A stretch of DNA of 62,983 nucleotides, counting the filler, from Licmophora abbreviata (Eukaryota), in assembly GCA_900291995.1 (NCBI GenBank). It is 12 parts of 12 records of this genome, joined end to end, with 100 filler letters (N's around TTAATTAATTAA, not from the genome) between each part and the next. Parts side by side here need not be neighbours in the genome. Positions count along the whole stretch, not along the records: positions 11,283 to 32,719 come from OLMU01000699.1; positions 32,820 to 34,560 come from OLMU01000700.1; positions 34,661 to 37,096 come from OLMU01000701.1; 9 more parts are not named here. The stretch is one strand, 5' to 3'. The notes beneath the pieces were generated by a model. It was not told the DNA's origin. It saw nothing but the letters and a program-made list of their open reading frames with translations, and searched no databases. The position numbers and the translations under genes are program-made. Of the stretch, positions 21,855-36,977 are shown one piece after another. The first letter of the stretch is position 1; every line of letters begins with the position of its first letter.

Positions 21855-24800
21855 ATGGAGAAGGCCTGCGCCAATGCCACCACGCGTCAATATGATGGCG
21901 ACATTCTCGACGCCTTCCAGAAGCATGCTCTCGACCTTTCTCGTCCGATGTCTACCGCTACTACACTCTCGCAGTGCCTGAGACTCGTGGTGGGAAAGCA
22001 ACGTCCGTCTCCGGCAGTCAAGAAAGTGCTTTTGAAGTACCAACAATGCCATCTAGCATCACTGCATGCAGCGCACCAAACGCTGCGCCAAGCCGACTAC
22101 TGGCAGTCAACGACAGAAGACACGACGACCGGATTCTACGTACAGCGAGTCTCCTGTCTCGTTTGGTTTGTCCAGTTCGTACTGGAAGCCTCCTCTCATG
22201 GACTCCCGATGGATGCTGATGCTGATGCTGATCTGATACCCCCAGTGTCAAGCCAATCTTGCCGCAAGCGCAAGCGAATCAAATGGCTGTCGCGCTCTTG
22301 AACCACCTTGCTCGGACCATGGTCGGGATACTGCACGACTTTAGCACAGAATCGAGCAAGGATTCCCATGGTGTCCAATGTGGCGATGGCGTGGGACTTG
22401 ACGCCGACACGATGGATTTGACTCGATTCGATCCTCCCATGATTGCGTCCTTTGCCATTGGCGTCATGATTCGCGGCATACAGTCGTACGTTGCCACCAG
22501 GCCGATCCTGCTGTCGCCCTTGTGGAAGGGCATCTGTGACATGGCCGCTCCTGTCTCTCGTCTCAACCCCGAACTTGCCGAGGAAACTCTTCAAGCGCTC
22601 TTGTCCTATCTTGGAGAAGGTGCAAGAGCAGTCGTCTCATCGTCCTGTGTTGCCGCATCGACTACGGCTGGGTTGCAACAAGTCTCGCCCGAGCAGCAGC
22701 AGAAGCAGCAAGACTTCCATACGAAGGTTCTCGTCTTTTTGGTTGCGCGATTGACGACGTTGCTGCCGGTGTACATCAAGTCGCAGTCGCAATCGACTGG
22801 TTTGTTGACCTGTGCGTGGACAACTCTATGTCAACTCCGTGGCCTCGGCATGGCTGTCGATGCGCACAATGCTCGATCGAGTGGAAACGGAGCCTCGATC
22901 TCTCCATGCTTACAGTATCAGTCTCTGGAGCGCAAGATAGATCAGTGCGTGTTCAAGACCATCTGCAATGCTGAAGAGACGACGGAGGACCGTAGTGATC
23001 GACGAGTATTGGACAATTCGGCACTGACTGCTCTCTTGTCATGCAGTCTTGACTCAGACGAGAACAGTAGCTGCAGTTTTGGTAAGGCAATGATCCTTCT
23101 CTCCTTGTTACGCCATCTGGTCGGTCAAGAAAGAATAATGGCCGCAGTTGACTCGGAGCTGTCGTTGTCCATGTGTGAAGAACTGCTCTTTTCGACGCTT
23201 CCAAGGTGCTATCCGCACCTGACCGGTGACACAGCCACGCGGCAGTCAATCTCGACTATGCTTTCCGAAGTGCACGATCTAGTGGTTGCGAGCATCTCTC
23301 GGGTTATCGCATCGGGAGAGGACGGGCCGGCCTCGGTACCGCGTCAGTCGATAGTAGAACGACTGCTCATTCGATGGCTAGGCAGCGCATCAATGTCGAA
23401 GAAGCAGCAACGCTTGCATCCCGTGAGTCGCGAACTCGTCGTTTCCGTGGTGTTCTCCTACATTGTGCAATCATGTTCCGATGATTCCCGCTCCCAATCG
23501 CCTCGATCCGTACACCGGGTTGTGTCGGACAAGACTGATGGTGGAAATATCATCCTTGATGGCGCACCAGAAATCCTCGCCACGATGGCCAAGCTTGTCT
23601 TTGACGCTCGAACGTTTTGCGAGCATCGACGGAATATCAGTAGCGTCTTGCTTCGTATTGCGAACTCATGTAACACGCAGCCCCTTGGACGAGCCGTCGC
23701 AAAGTGCATTGGTGCGGAGTTTGTAAAGTACTGGAAGGAAGACTGCATGGCAGAGAAAAGAAAACGAAAACGAAACACCGTGCAATCTCACTCTTCTCCG
23801 GGATTCGGCATCTATGAAATCGACGACATGCAAGTCTTGATGGAAGTCCTGGCAAGTAGCGCCCGCTCTGCCGATGCGGGTCTCGATGGCCCCTTGTCGA
23901 CATTTTGTAGGGAACTGGCATTGGATGAGTACGCTGCCCTCGACCGCAAGCGAGCAAAGGGGTGCCGGGTTTGCCATCACTCACCCGCGTCTGTATCGCT
24001 GCTCCTGTCAGCTCTGCGTGGAGTTGTCGATGACAAATCCGCAGAATGTGAGAGCACCGACGGCTCCTTTCGAAGACGAACGGGTCAGCGGGCGCAAAGT
24101 CTGTGCATCGCTCTTGTTGGTTGGTTGTCCAAAATATGGTTACGGATCGAAACATCCAAACGAGTTCGCATTGACAGGAGTCAGTCTGTTGTGACTGTCG
24201 CATGCTTGCACTTCGTCCGTCAGGTCTGCGATTCCTTCGGTGCTTCCTTTCCACTCGACACGCTCGAGCTTGTGCAGACGACGCTTGTCAAATGCACTAA
24301 ACAAGCCTCGTTGATCAGACAGCAGTGTCGCAACGATTCCAAGCAGCAGAGGCGCTCGCTCTCCATCTTGTTTGCCGCAATTGACCTCCTTCCTGCCCTA
24401 GCGAGTGTTACGCCGTCCGATTGTCCCCGGCGAACTCTCGAGGGAATAGCCGAGACGTTCAAAATCATGCTGGGTTCCGCATCATGGCCGATAGTAGCAC
24501 GCGCCATGAGCAGCTTGGTCGACTTTGCCTCGCGGTTGCCATCGGCTCATAAGCATATTCTCCCTCTTTGCGTGACACCCGATGCGCAGGGGCTCTTGCA
24601 GTGCCGTCTCCAAAACAAGGTTTACACCTCGCTCGTAAGTTGACGAAAGTACGACACACTTAATGATTCGGTTACGAATCTCTCACGCCATGATGTTTCT
24701 CCTCTGATTACAGTCTACGATCGCATCCGCCAAAGAAGATTCACTCCGAAAGCTCATCCCATCTCGACTTGACACGACGTCCGACTTGTTTTCAACGAGA

Positions 24801-25019
24801 GCAACGCAAGACGTTCCCGCAGGCTCTTACCTTCTGACGATGCCTACGAACAACGGACGATCGGCTCTGGTGATTTTTCCTCCTGGGGAAGAGTCCTTGG
24901 ATGATATCAAGTATATGCTTGGCTCGGACAACCTAGATGAAGTTGACGTGCGGCGATTTCGGCGCGCGCATCTTGTTGACGGGGGCAGTGGTTGCTTGTT
25001 ACGCTCTACGTCGCTTTAG
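21855..25019 (+). CDS. Large alpha-solenoid protein, possibly FIRRM/FLIP (C1orf112)-like, with a frameshift at ~22232
   Basis: ORFs 21840..22301 and 22259..24643 join if one G is restored in a (GATGCT)n tract; intron 24635..24713 leads to the last exon. The family guess rests on weak motifs (PLWKGI, HPVSREL, WPIVARAMSSLVDFA). Confidence 0.55.
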
Positions 25020-25330
25020 AAGTATATTTCGTTCAGTTGACAGCGTTGCAGAACTACATCTTCTACGTTTTTGGGATAGACTCATTAGGTCTCCTTCGTG
25101 CAAGAAGAAAGACGGGAAACACCGTTCGAATTGAACTCCGCGCTATCGTGATCCAATTCCCTTATCCAGGAGCTTGGTCAAGCTCCACGTGGCATTCGAC
25201 GAGAACAGCACCGAAGCTTTTTGTGTTTTGTGACTGCGGCGCGGCGACATCGTCGACCGCCATTGTCGCTCAATGGCACGCCCCCGTACACAGCTCTCTT
25301 TGCCTCTTCGTGTGCACGCATGCCATCGAC

Positions 25331-26154
25331 ATGACATCTATCGTGGAGGTAAGTCGAATTGTTGTAAAGGCAAACCGGGAATGTGTGTTTATTTTTGGTC
25401 CTGAAAGTTTACATCTCAGTCACACTTTGCTAAATACTAAATACACACACAGCTCTTTCCCAAGTGCCGCAAGCTGGCGTACGACGCTCGACAGCAGCTT
25501 TCGCAGGTCCAGAATGGACTCTTATATCCCTCCGAACTCTTCCTGTCACTAGATGAGCTCGATCGGCAGCTGGAGATCATGGGACAGCTCGTGCATCGCG
25601 AAACTCCGGCTCAGCGCGAAGTTTGGAAGCGAAAGATTCTCGAGCTTCAGTATGACGCACGGTCGATTCGACAAAAGGTGCGTGACTTCAGGGTTCATTT
25701 TGTCTGTTTGATGTCTTGCTTCTCTAGACTGACCGCTCGTGGTGCTTCTTGCTCGTCGCCATGAAAGGGAGAACACTTCGATCGCATGGTGAATGCTAAT
25801 GTGCGACAACAGAAGGAACGAGACCAGCTACTGTCGAGAAGACGACGACGTAAGTCCGATGGCATGTCAGAAGTTCATGACTTGGACAATCTTGCCGACG
25901 AAGCTCAGTCGCTTCAGCAGTCGCACCAGATGGTAGGAGAGATGCTCGCCAGTGGAGAGGCCAGTTTGGGTGGACTTGTCGGGCAGCGACACCAAATGCG
26001 GGGAATCAAACGAAGCGTTCTTGACATTGGGAATCGGTTGGGACTCAGTAACGCCACCTTGCGCATTATTGAGCGCCGCGACGTTACCGATGCCTACTTG
26101 GTCTTTGGAGGAATGGTTGTTACATGCATTGTCATTTACTTTTGTTGGTTCTGA
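25331..26154 (+). CDS. GOSR2: Golgi Qb-SNARE, membrin/Bos1 (GOSR2)-like (3 exons)
   Basis: Spliced product MTSIVE-LFPKCRKLAYDARQQL...REVWKRKI...QRHQMRGIKRSVLDIGNRLGLSNATLRIIERRD plus a C-terminal TM. Introns at 25349..25452 and from 25679. Confidence 0.85.
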
Positions 26155-26308
26155 TTACAAGACGTTCTTGTCACACTTGTCGAACCCCTCAGAAAGTCGG
26201 CGAATTTCGTGTCACGAATCACAATCGACACGTGGCGTTTCTGGTGACACCAAATTTCTCCCAACTGCTCATAAATTCACCGAAACCTTGTGCGTGCCAA
26301 AGGAAACG

Positions 26309-26977
26309 ATGAAGTTTGCTGTTGTTACCGTTGCTGCCCTTGCTGCTTCTCCTGCGCTTGTCGCTGGGTACAGTCAAGGAGGCCCCCGCCGTATGCGTCG
26401 TCCCATGGTGGTCGTGCCAGGATTCTCGTCGCCGTGCGCTCCCGTGCTCATTCGCCAACGCCAGCAGGCCCTGGCCAATAGGGCCTTTGGAATCTCTTCT
26501 CCTCGTTATGAGATTACAGATACTGACGAAACGTTCACCATCGCAGTTGATGTTCCGGGAGTCAAGGCGTCGGACATTGATGTCAGCATTGAGAATGATG
26601 GGCAGGTGCTCACTCTTGGTGGGCGTCGTGAGGCCTCCGGAAACCAGGGATATCAGTACTTGTCTAAGTTTGCGCAGAGCTTCTCTCTGGACCCTGCGAT
26701 TGATGTTGACAAGTTTACTGCAAGTCTCCAGAATGGAGTGCTCATCGTCTCGGCTCCCAAGGACTTCCAGCGAATCGAGGAGAGTATCAAGAAGATTCCA
26801 GTGGTGCAGGTTGACGACGAGTCGATCCCGATCGAAAAGTCAACGGCTCAGGATGAATCTGCCGTGGAAGGAGAGTTGATTAATGCCGACGGCGTCGCGG
26901 ATACAGAGGAGACGACCAAGGACGACGATAGTGACGGAAACGAAAGTTCCAATGAATCTGATCCAGCCAAGGCATAG
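26309..26977 (+). CDS. Small heat-shock protein (HSP20) with signal peptide
   Basis: Alpha-crystallin motifs YEITDTD..FTIAVDVPGV, FAQSFSL and ASLQNGVLIVSAPK; N-terminus MKFAVVTVAALAASPALVAG. Confidence 0.92.
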   Translation: MKFAVVTVAALAASPALVAGYSQGGPRRMRRPMVVVPGFSSPCAPVLIRQRQQALANRAFGISSPRYEITDTDETFTIAVDVPGVKASDIDVSIENDGQVLTLGGRREASGNQGYQYLSKFAQSFSLDPAIDVDKFTASLQNGVLIVSAPKDFQRIEESIKKIPVVQVDDESIPIEKSTAQDESAVEGELINADGVADTEETTKDDDSDGNESSNESDPAKA

Positions 26978-27065
26978 TCGTTTATTAGTCACAAGTGATT
27001 CCTCTCCCATAAGTTGAATAAATCGTTCTTCTAGTCCCATTCCATCGGCCTAGAGCATCAAAAGC

Positions 27066-28502
27066 TTACAGGCATGCTGCACATATGTAGGCGAGGGGCA
27101 GCGCACCAAGAAATATAACACTGAACCAATCACCCCGATATCGACGGGTGACCGACGAGTACGGATATGATTCATAGGGATCGTACCCTCCTCCCCCTGC
27201 TCCGGGGTAAGAGTCGAATCCTGCGGAGCCATACCCAGATGAGGCTTCGTATTCTGGGGTCGAACCGTACCCGGAAGCTGAGCCATACCCGGGCATGGGC
27301 GCCGCACCTCCATACGACGTCGAGCCGGACATTCCCATGCCCCCGGGACCACCCATAACGTTCGCATGCTGTGATGCGGCCATTCCTGTATTGTATTCAC
27401 CACTTTGGTGTCCGCCCATGGATGCGCTCGCGGTGGACGTGCCTCCCATGGTATTTCCAGGCATGCCCATTGAACCCATCGTCGATGTCGAAGCGCTACC
27501 TGCAGTCCCAAAGGATGTCGACGCAGGTTGCGACGACTCGGTACCCAGCTCTTGGTCACTTACGATGATTCCATCCTGTGACATGAAACAAAAAGGGTAA
27601 GATTTTAAGGAAGGGATGTCGCATTATTGTGCTACACGGGGATCCCTACTACGGTGACTTACCTTATCACAGTACACCAGATCTCCAGGACTGAGATTCA
27701 TACCGCCAATCGACACTATACCGCCCTTCGATCCCGACGTTGCTGAGCCTTTCGCAGGTGATGCGCCTAATGCCTTTACGCCGATCATAATGTTAGACAG
27801 TTCCTGCGTATTGCGAACCACGCCATGGATGATGACTCCTTTCCATCCGTTCTGCTGTGCGTTTTGAGCGGCCGTCGCATCAAAGATGGCACTCTTCGTA
27901 GCCCCACCTCCGTCCACAACCAAAATTCTTCCTTCACCGGGTGACTGCAGCACCTTATCCACAACATCGGCTCCCTCGATAGCTGATAGAGTTTCAACAC
28001 GACCGTAGAAATTTACGAGACCTCCGAAATCCTTAAAAGCGGCAGCGTCAAGTACTCGGGCGGTCGCTCCGTGAACGTCGACCAGTCCCGCTGTGGAGCG
28101 AGATGGACCCGCCGACGAAGGCGTAGATCTCAAGCCTCCACTGGACATACCAGTGTAGCTGTTTGAGTCACCATACGATGAAGCGTCACCATAACCGTAC
28201 AATCCGCCGCTACTAGCAGTGTCACCCCCGCTAAATTGAGCTCCACTATCGAGCCCGGAGGTGAGAGATGAGGCAGAAGGCCGGTAATTCGAAAAGTCGT
28301 GGGCGATGGAAGTCAACCCTGGCTTCATAGATCTCACGCCCTTTCTTGCCGACCGAAGCGTCATGACGAGGGCGACTCCCGCGAGTACGAGAAGCGGTCT
28401 TCGCAACTTGTCGGCAGAGTTCATTACGAAGTCTCCAATCGCCTCCAAGACGATCTCGATCTGGATTCTTACTCGCTCCATACAGAAGGAGCGACTACTC
28501 AT
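27066..28502 (-). CDS. Divergent membrane-anchored RraA/HMG-aldolase-family protein
   Basis: FKDFGG, PGEGRILVVDGGG, GWKGVIIHGVVRN, GVKALG and PGDLVYCD|DGIIV; intron 27662..27576; N-terminal TM, G/S/M/Y-rich linkers and a C-terminal TM. Confidence 0.85.
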
Positions 28503-28927
28503 TATCGCGTCGCTGATTGATTGGTAAAACAGATTCTACTCGTCTCAATGACTAGAATGGGTTAAGACGGATGCTCTTTTGTTGAAATGGGAGTCATCGA
28601 ATCGCAATCCGGTCATCGCTCGATCCAGTTTTTTCGATTTTGTGGCTTGGGATTTGCGGGTCATTCTAGGTGTCGTAGGTCATCCTCGCGTATAGTGAGT
28701 TTTGTCGTGCATCCGTCCCATCAGAGCATGGTTGCGTATGATCGATACCCGTGTCGTACGATACCTTCAACCGGCAGAGAAAGCTACATACAACGTAGCT
28801 TGAGCTCACAACGTTGCTTCTTGGGTCGCAGCACAGTCAATATCTTGACTAGGAGGGAGTGTTACATGTATGCATACATACGTTTTCTACTAGACGAATG
28901 GTTATAACAGCAGAGCATGATAGAACT

Positions 28928-30547
28928 TTACGATCTCGAGTGTTGCAGCAACTTGTCGATAGCGGCAGAGTACGAGGCGGTCGTGTGATCGCCAAGCATG
29001 CAGTATCCATCGATTTCAAATAACCGCAGAACTTTCGCTGTCCCATCCATTGATGAGCAGAATATATTTGTTCTTGCGGATTGCTCCACATCGAGTCCTT
29101 CCTCGGCGCCTGGGGTCGCCCAGTTCTCATGTAGAAGCAGGACTCGACCAGGAACGTAAAGGTGGTCCGGACTATGCAATTCCACCCTGTCGTGCGCGGC
29201 ATTCATGGCGTCTCTTACTTCCTCTAACGTCATTAAGGGCTCATCTTTGAGACCAGCCGCCAATTTGCGTAGAAATTTTGCCGTCGATCTCGGGCCAGTC
29301 GGAGCTAACCCAACCTCTTGTAATCGTTCTGACACTGACCTGAGAAACTCCAGAAATACCGCTAGATTTGCCAAGCTGGACCGTGGAATGATATCAGCAT
29401 TATTGATAATGGATGTCACGTACGGTGTCGCAGCGACAGCGGCATCCAGGTCTAGAACCGGTGGCGGCGCAAATGCGTAGACCTCTATGTTCTTTTCAGT
29501 CAGTGCGGGAAATCGAGAACGGAGAAGCATCGCCAACAGACTCGCTGCTCCCGCACCGAGACTATGGCCCACAATTACGAGCGTGTAGCCTTCATCGACA
29601 ACCAGCCTGGCAACCGTCGCATGAACGTGTTCTGCAACACGCCGTGCCGACAGAAATATACCCTCGTGGCATCTCACGTGATGCTCATCGTCATCGCCAG
29701 CATACTCGAATAGTATTCTCTCGTGGCCACTGACAACCTCTACTGCAAGATCTCCAACACTCTCGACCACTCTGTCTTCCATTTGAGCACGCACTTCAAT
29801 CCTAGAGTCGAACTCTTCTTGAAGTCCCTCGCTCGGATTGTACGTGACGGAACGTCCGCAAGAGTCGGTAAACAAATCTTCGAGCGATGATGTCCCCTTG
29901 ATACCAATCAATAGCGTTTTGCTTGTTTCCGATACAGCGACGAAGAATCCCACGGATCCTGGTGTCGTTGCCACCGAGCGATGCTGCAACGAGAACCCTG
30001 CGGGATCGAGGTGCTTGCGCAGGATCTTCTCGTCCTCCACGTAGTATGCCAGCACGGCCATGTCGAGCATGTCCTTGAGGCGTCGCATGGTATCATATTC
30101 ATCAGATAGTGAGTTTCCAGAGGCATGAAACAGATCATCACGAGTTTCCGGACTTAGAAGCTTGTGCTGCGCTGCGAGCTGAAAGTAGATGAGCACCGAA
30201 GCAAACATGAACTCTACACGGCAGCCCAGTTTCGCGGATCCAATCTCTGCCAAGGCTTGCAGCTTTTCAATCACCGATGAAAGGCGTTCCATCTCGCCTT
30301 CACTCCCCTCACTGTCGTCTTTGAGACCTTTGGTACTACGTCGAAACGAGACATCTTCCCTGATCCAGTTTGGAACTCGTTTCCAAGCAAGTCGTGCTAG
30401 CACCGCTGTCAACGACGCAGAAGAAAACGCTGGAAGATACTCTACGGTGTATATCGATGCCTGCACAGCAGCATGCTTGGCAGCCGCCGCGGCGGCTGGT
30501 CCTCCGAATGCCGCTGGGCCCAGAAAAGCAGGGAGAGGCATCGTCAA
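28928..30547 (-). CDS. Class 3 lipase (DAG-lipase-like)
   Basis: IGIKGTSSLEDLFTD, CHEG, VGHSLGAG (nucleophile Ser), YAFAPPP, NNADIIPR and DHT. Exact start uncertain. Confidence 0.9.
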   Translation of the reverse strand: MTMPLPAFLGPAAFGGPAAAAAAKHAAVQASIYTVEYLPAFSSASLTAVLARLAWKRVPNWIREDVSFRRSTKGLKDDSEGSEGEMERLSSVIEKLQALAEIGSAKLGCRVEFMFASVLIYFQLAAQHKLLSPETRDDLFHASGNSLSDEYDTMRRLKDMLDMAVLAYYVEDEKILRKHLDPAGFSLQHRSVATTPGSVGFFVAVSETSKTLLIGIKGTSSLEDLFTDSCGRSVTYNPSEGLQEEFDSRIEVRAQMEDRVVESVGDLAVEVVSGHERILFEYAGDDDEHHVRCHEGIFLSARRVAEHVHATVARLVVDEGYTLVIVGHSLGAGAASLLAMLLRSRFPALTEKNIEVYAFAPPPVLDLDAAVAATPYVTSIINNADIIPRSSLANLAVFLEFLRSVSERLQEVGLAPTGPRSTAKFLRKLAAGLKDEPLMTLEEVRDAMNAAHDRVELHSPDHLYVPGRVLLLHENWATPGAEEGLDVEQSARTNIFCSSMDGTAKVLRLFEIDGYCMLGDHTTASYSAAIDKLLQHSRS

Positions 30548-30835
30548 AGACTCGCCGGTCGCTCCTGTGCTTTGCCGTGTGGGTGTGTTGTCGGTCTCGT
30601 CACACCGCTTTTTTCTCGGCGCGCACTCGTTTCTGGTTCACGCAAGACGTCAGCTTTATAGGCATTCCCGGGACTCACTAGATCAAACCAGGCATGCTAG
30701 TCTAGTCTACACTATGTCTACTGCCGCTCTATTCGGCAACGCTGTGTGATATAGGTGTGCTTAATATCCATGGCATACTATGGTAAGGCTTTCTTTTACT
30801 ACGTGTAGAACTTGACGATTGCCCATGCGCCGCAC

Positions 30836-32608
30836 TCACTTCAAGGGACTGAACTGCATATTCGAAGGGTCGAACACCGTCGAAATCTCCTTGTTCCCCA
30901 CCACGTCTGAGGGCGCTCCTTCCTCCAAGGGACTTTCGAGCTGCGTGTCCATGGTTGCCGATGGAATAACTGTAGCGACTTCGTCTGATTGCGACGACGT
31001 GTCGAGCGTCATTAGCATGTCGGACCCCGTCAAATGAGCCTGAAGGTCTTCCGAAAGGAGCACATTCGAATGATGATCCGGCGTCTCTTGTCCAAGATGA
31101 AAGTCTTTGATAGGCGAAACGTCCAAATCCTCCGGCGACCCCACCTCGCCCATGGAAGCACCGGATGGACCGCTTGACTCGAGGTTCCTGGGAATAGAGC
31201 CGACAGCAGTGTTGTCCACGCTTGCTGTCGGGGTTGAGGCATCAGTGGACATCTTGTTGCTGTCGCTTCGTGAGACGGGCGAGCTAGGAGATTCTTGTTG
31301 CTCACACTTGGAGGCATCCGCGTCGACGGCGGTCTCTTTCTCTGTAGCTGCTGTATCGCCAGACGGATCTGCAACTGACTTCTCCTCGATAGCCGATTCC
31401 TCGAGAGTCACTCCGAGATCAGGCTTGACACAAGTCGTCGTGGTCGTATCAACAGGCGGTTCTTGAGTGACGGCAGCGTTGTCATTTGCCTGTCCGCTCT
31501 TAGTTTCTCCGCTTTTCGTCTCGACGAGGTCATTCATCGCGTTGGAAGCAGACTGATTCGCCGGCATTTCGGCTTCATCATCGAGTTCGTCTTCAGTATC
31601 CTCCAGAACGGCATCAGTTCGATTCGTCGAAGCGGTTGCTGTTATTTGAAACAACGGCTTTGGGGCAGCGACTAGTTCAAGCTCGTCGTCGGTATCCTGC
31701 AAGTCATCCTCACCATCTTGAAACGTCGCCTCTGCCTCGGCATTGTCCTTGTTGGCACTGCTAGATTCATTGGTCGTAGCGGTAGGTACTCCGGACTGCT
31801 GCTCCTCACCTTCTTCCGCTATGCGCGTCGATGCTCTGGTAGAAATCCTCCGAACAGGTTCGTCGTCGTCCGAGTCGTCCTCCGCCACAGTAGGCATGGT
31901 TCCGACGGCGTCATCGTGTCGCGGGAAGTCGTGTGCACGAGCACCATCGACGTCCACATGATCCTGCTGTCGCATTCCATCTTCCAGTTCCTGCATCATT
32001 TTATTCGCTTGTTCCTTTCCAAAGAGATTTTCGACATGATTGTTGCGCACTTCATCCCGCATATGCGAGAGATAGGTCTTGATTTCCTTCTTGGACCCAA
32101 ACGAGTCGATCCGCGTCAAGACATCGGAAAAGGCTAATCCTGGAAACAAGTCGTAGCAGAACGACGTGTAGGCATCGATCATGTGCTGCGCGTAGAGTGC
32201 CGCGGCATGTTTCTTGCTCTTGGAGGAGGACCCTGTGTTGAGACGCAGCTTTCTCGGAAACTCAGTCTTGATGCGAATGAGTCCATTGCTCCCAATGACA
32301 TCCTTGACCTGTAGTGTCGGTCGCGATTTCTTCTTACGAGGCTGAGTGGAGGCGTCGGCATACTCGGCCGCAATGTCTTGATCCGAGGTGCGTCTCTTTC
32401 GCTCTGCGCCGCTGCTGGGCGCTTCGGAAGCTTCACCAAACTGCTCCGACAGCAAACGCTCCTGCTCTTCCTCTTCTTCGTCCTTGCGACGACGCTCCTC
32501 TTCCGTCTCGGACTCGTCGTCGGACGAATCCGCAAACCGATTGGTGGTGCTGAACGACACAGGGTTCGGACGACGGGATTGATGACTGGGAAACAAGCGA
32601 GACGTCAT
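30836..32608 (-). CDS. TIPIN: Replication fork protection factor TIPIN/Csm3/Swi3
   Basis: RPTL..IGSNGL..IKTEF, then Y..FCYDLFPGLAFSDVLTRIDSFGSKKEIKTYLSHMR (Swi3 domain), followed by a long acidic disordered tail. Confidence 0.82.
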   Translation of the reverse strand: MTSRLFPSHQSRRPNPVSFSTTNRFADSSDDESETEEERRRKDEEEEEQERLLSEQFGEASEAPSSGAERKRRTSDQDIAAEYADASTQPRKKKSRPTLQVKDVIGSNGLIRIKTEFPRKLRLNTGSSSKSKKHAAALYAQHMIDAYTSFCYDLFPGLAFSDVLTRIDSFGSKKEIKTYLSHMRDEVRNNHVENLFGKEQANKMMQELEDGMRQQDHVDVDGARAHDFPRHDDAVGTMPTVAEDDSDDDEPVRRISTRASTRIAEEGEEQQSGVPTATTNESSSANKDNAEAEATFQDGEDDLQDTDDELELVAAPKPLFQITATASTNRTDAVLEDTEDELDDEAEMPANQSASNAMNDLVETKSGETKSGQANDNAAVTQEPPVDTTTTTCVKPDLGVTLEESAIEEKSVADPSGDTAATEKETAVDADASKCEQQESPSSPVSRSDSNKMSTDASTPTASVDNTAVGSIPRNLESSGPSGASMGEVGSPEDLDVSPIKDFHLGQETPDHHSNVLLSEDLQAHLTGSDMLMTLDTSSQSDEVATVIPSATMDTQLESPLEEGAPSDVVGNKEISTVFDPSNMQFSPLK

Positions 32609-33133
32609 CGTGGGGGTGGAAAGTGCAATGATTTTTGATTTTGTAATGGTAATCATGGATGAGAGGTCTCAATACTCATCAATCTCTTGCCGGTGCGACA
32701 AATTTTGGGCGCGCGATTCNNNNNNNNNNNNNNNNNNNNNNNNNNNNNNNNNNNNNNNNNNNNTTAATTAATTAANNNNNNNNNNNNNNNNNNNNNNNNN
32801 NNNNNNNNNNNNNNNNNNNGAACAAGGTTCGGAAAACGTCAGAGACCCGGAGAAGAAGCGAGCCAGAAGGAAGGTTGATCGATTGCTCTAGCTAGAGTTA
32901 GAAAGGTAATAAGCTACGAGGGAGTAGCTTGTAGTTATTCCTGTGTCATTCTGTAATGTACTCTGTACCTATGTTTTAGTTAGTTCCGCTTGACACATGA
33001 AGACCGCTCTGTCCCAAGTTCTTCTCCGCTCTAGGCATGCTCGGAAGCGGACGAAGACTGTTAGGGTTAAGGTCGTTTTTTTACCTTTGAAAAAGATCTT
33101 TTTTAGTTTTGGTTTAGATTTTTCGCGCGCACC

Positions 33134-33886
33134 ATGATGATGATGAACGGCATTTCGCCTCGCCTCCTCGTCGCACCGTTTCGACGACGACAACTCCTCT
33201 CTGCCTCACTAGATCGACGGAAACTCTTCTGTACCAGACACATGAACAACAGCTCTCCTGCAACCGCCGATTTGTGCGACAAGTACGTCACGTCGCCCAG
33301 TCGCTTGACAGTGGCAGATCCAAAACACAATTTACGAGACTATGGAGGCAAAATCAAGTTTCATGGACTCATTGAAACTATTCGATGCTTTGAAAGTAAT
33401 CCTTTGGTACGAAAGACGCTCGCTGAGAATGGACGAGGCAAGGTTTTGGTCGTCGATGGCGGTGGGTCGCATCGGGTGGCAATACTGGGAGATCAGCTGG
33501 CTGGCATGGCGGCGGCGAGTCAGTGGGAGGGACTCATCATTAATGGATGCATTCGAGACTCCAAAGTCATTCGCCATACTTCCGTTGGCGTCAAAGCGCT
33601 CAATACTCATCCCCTGAAGTCTGTCAAGACGCACATGGGAGAGCGTGGTCTTACTGTCGCCTTTGCCGGAGTCGAGTTTGTTCCAGGCCACTACGTCTAT
33701 TGTGATGAGGTATGTTTGTCAAAAGACCGTTTCATGGTCGATGTGGGAATGAAATCGTTGTTCATAACAAGAAGGGCCTTTAATGCGCTTGTTCTATTTA
33801 TACTTTTTCACACATAGGACGGCATTGTACTCAGCGAGAGGGAATTGACCTTGGAGACCGAAAACCCAACATTCGATCATACCTAG
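33134..33886 (+). CDS. RraA/HMG aldolase-oxaloacetate decarboxylase, probable mitochondrial presequence
   Basis: TADLCD, CFESNPLV, VLVVDGGGS, AILGDQLA, NGCIRDS and PGHYVYCDE|DGIV; intron 33710..33817; stop at 33886. Confidence 0.92.
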
Positions 33887-34002
33887 AGAGAGGTGGGCTA
33901 CGTCATGAATGAACAAACTGTAGCGGCGACAAGGAAAGATGTACGAGACGCGAGAAATGCCCCAGCAACATTACTACAGTACTCCTAAAATATTTCCCGT
34001 CG

Positions 34003-36977
<2,975 letters not shown>

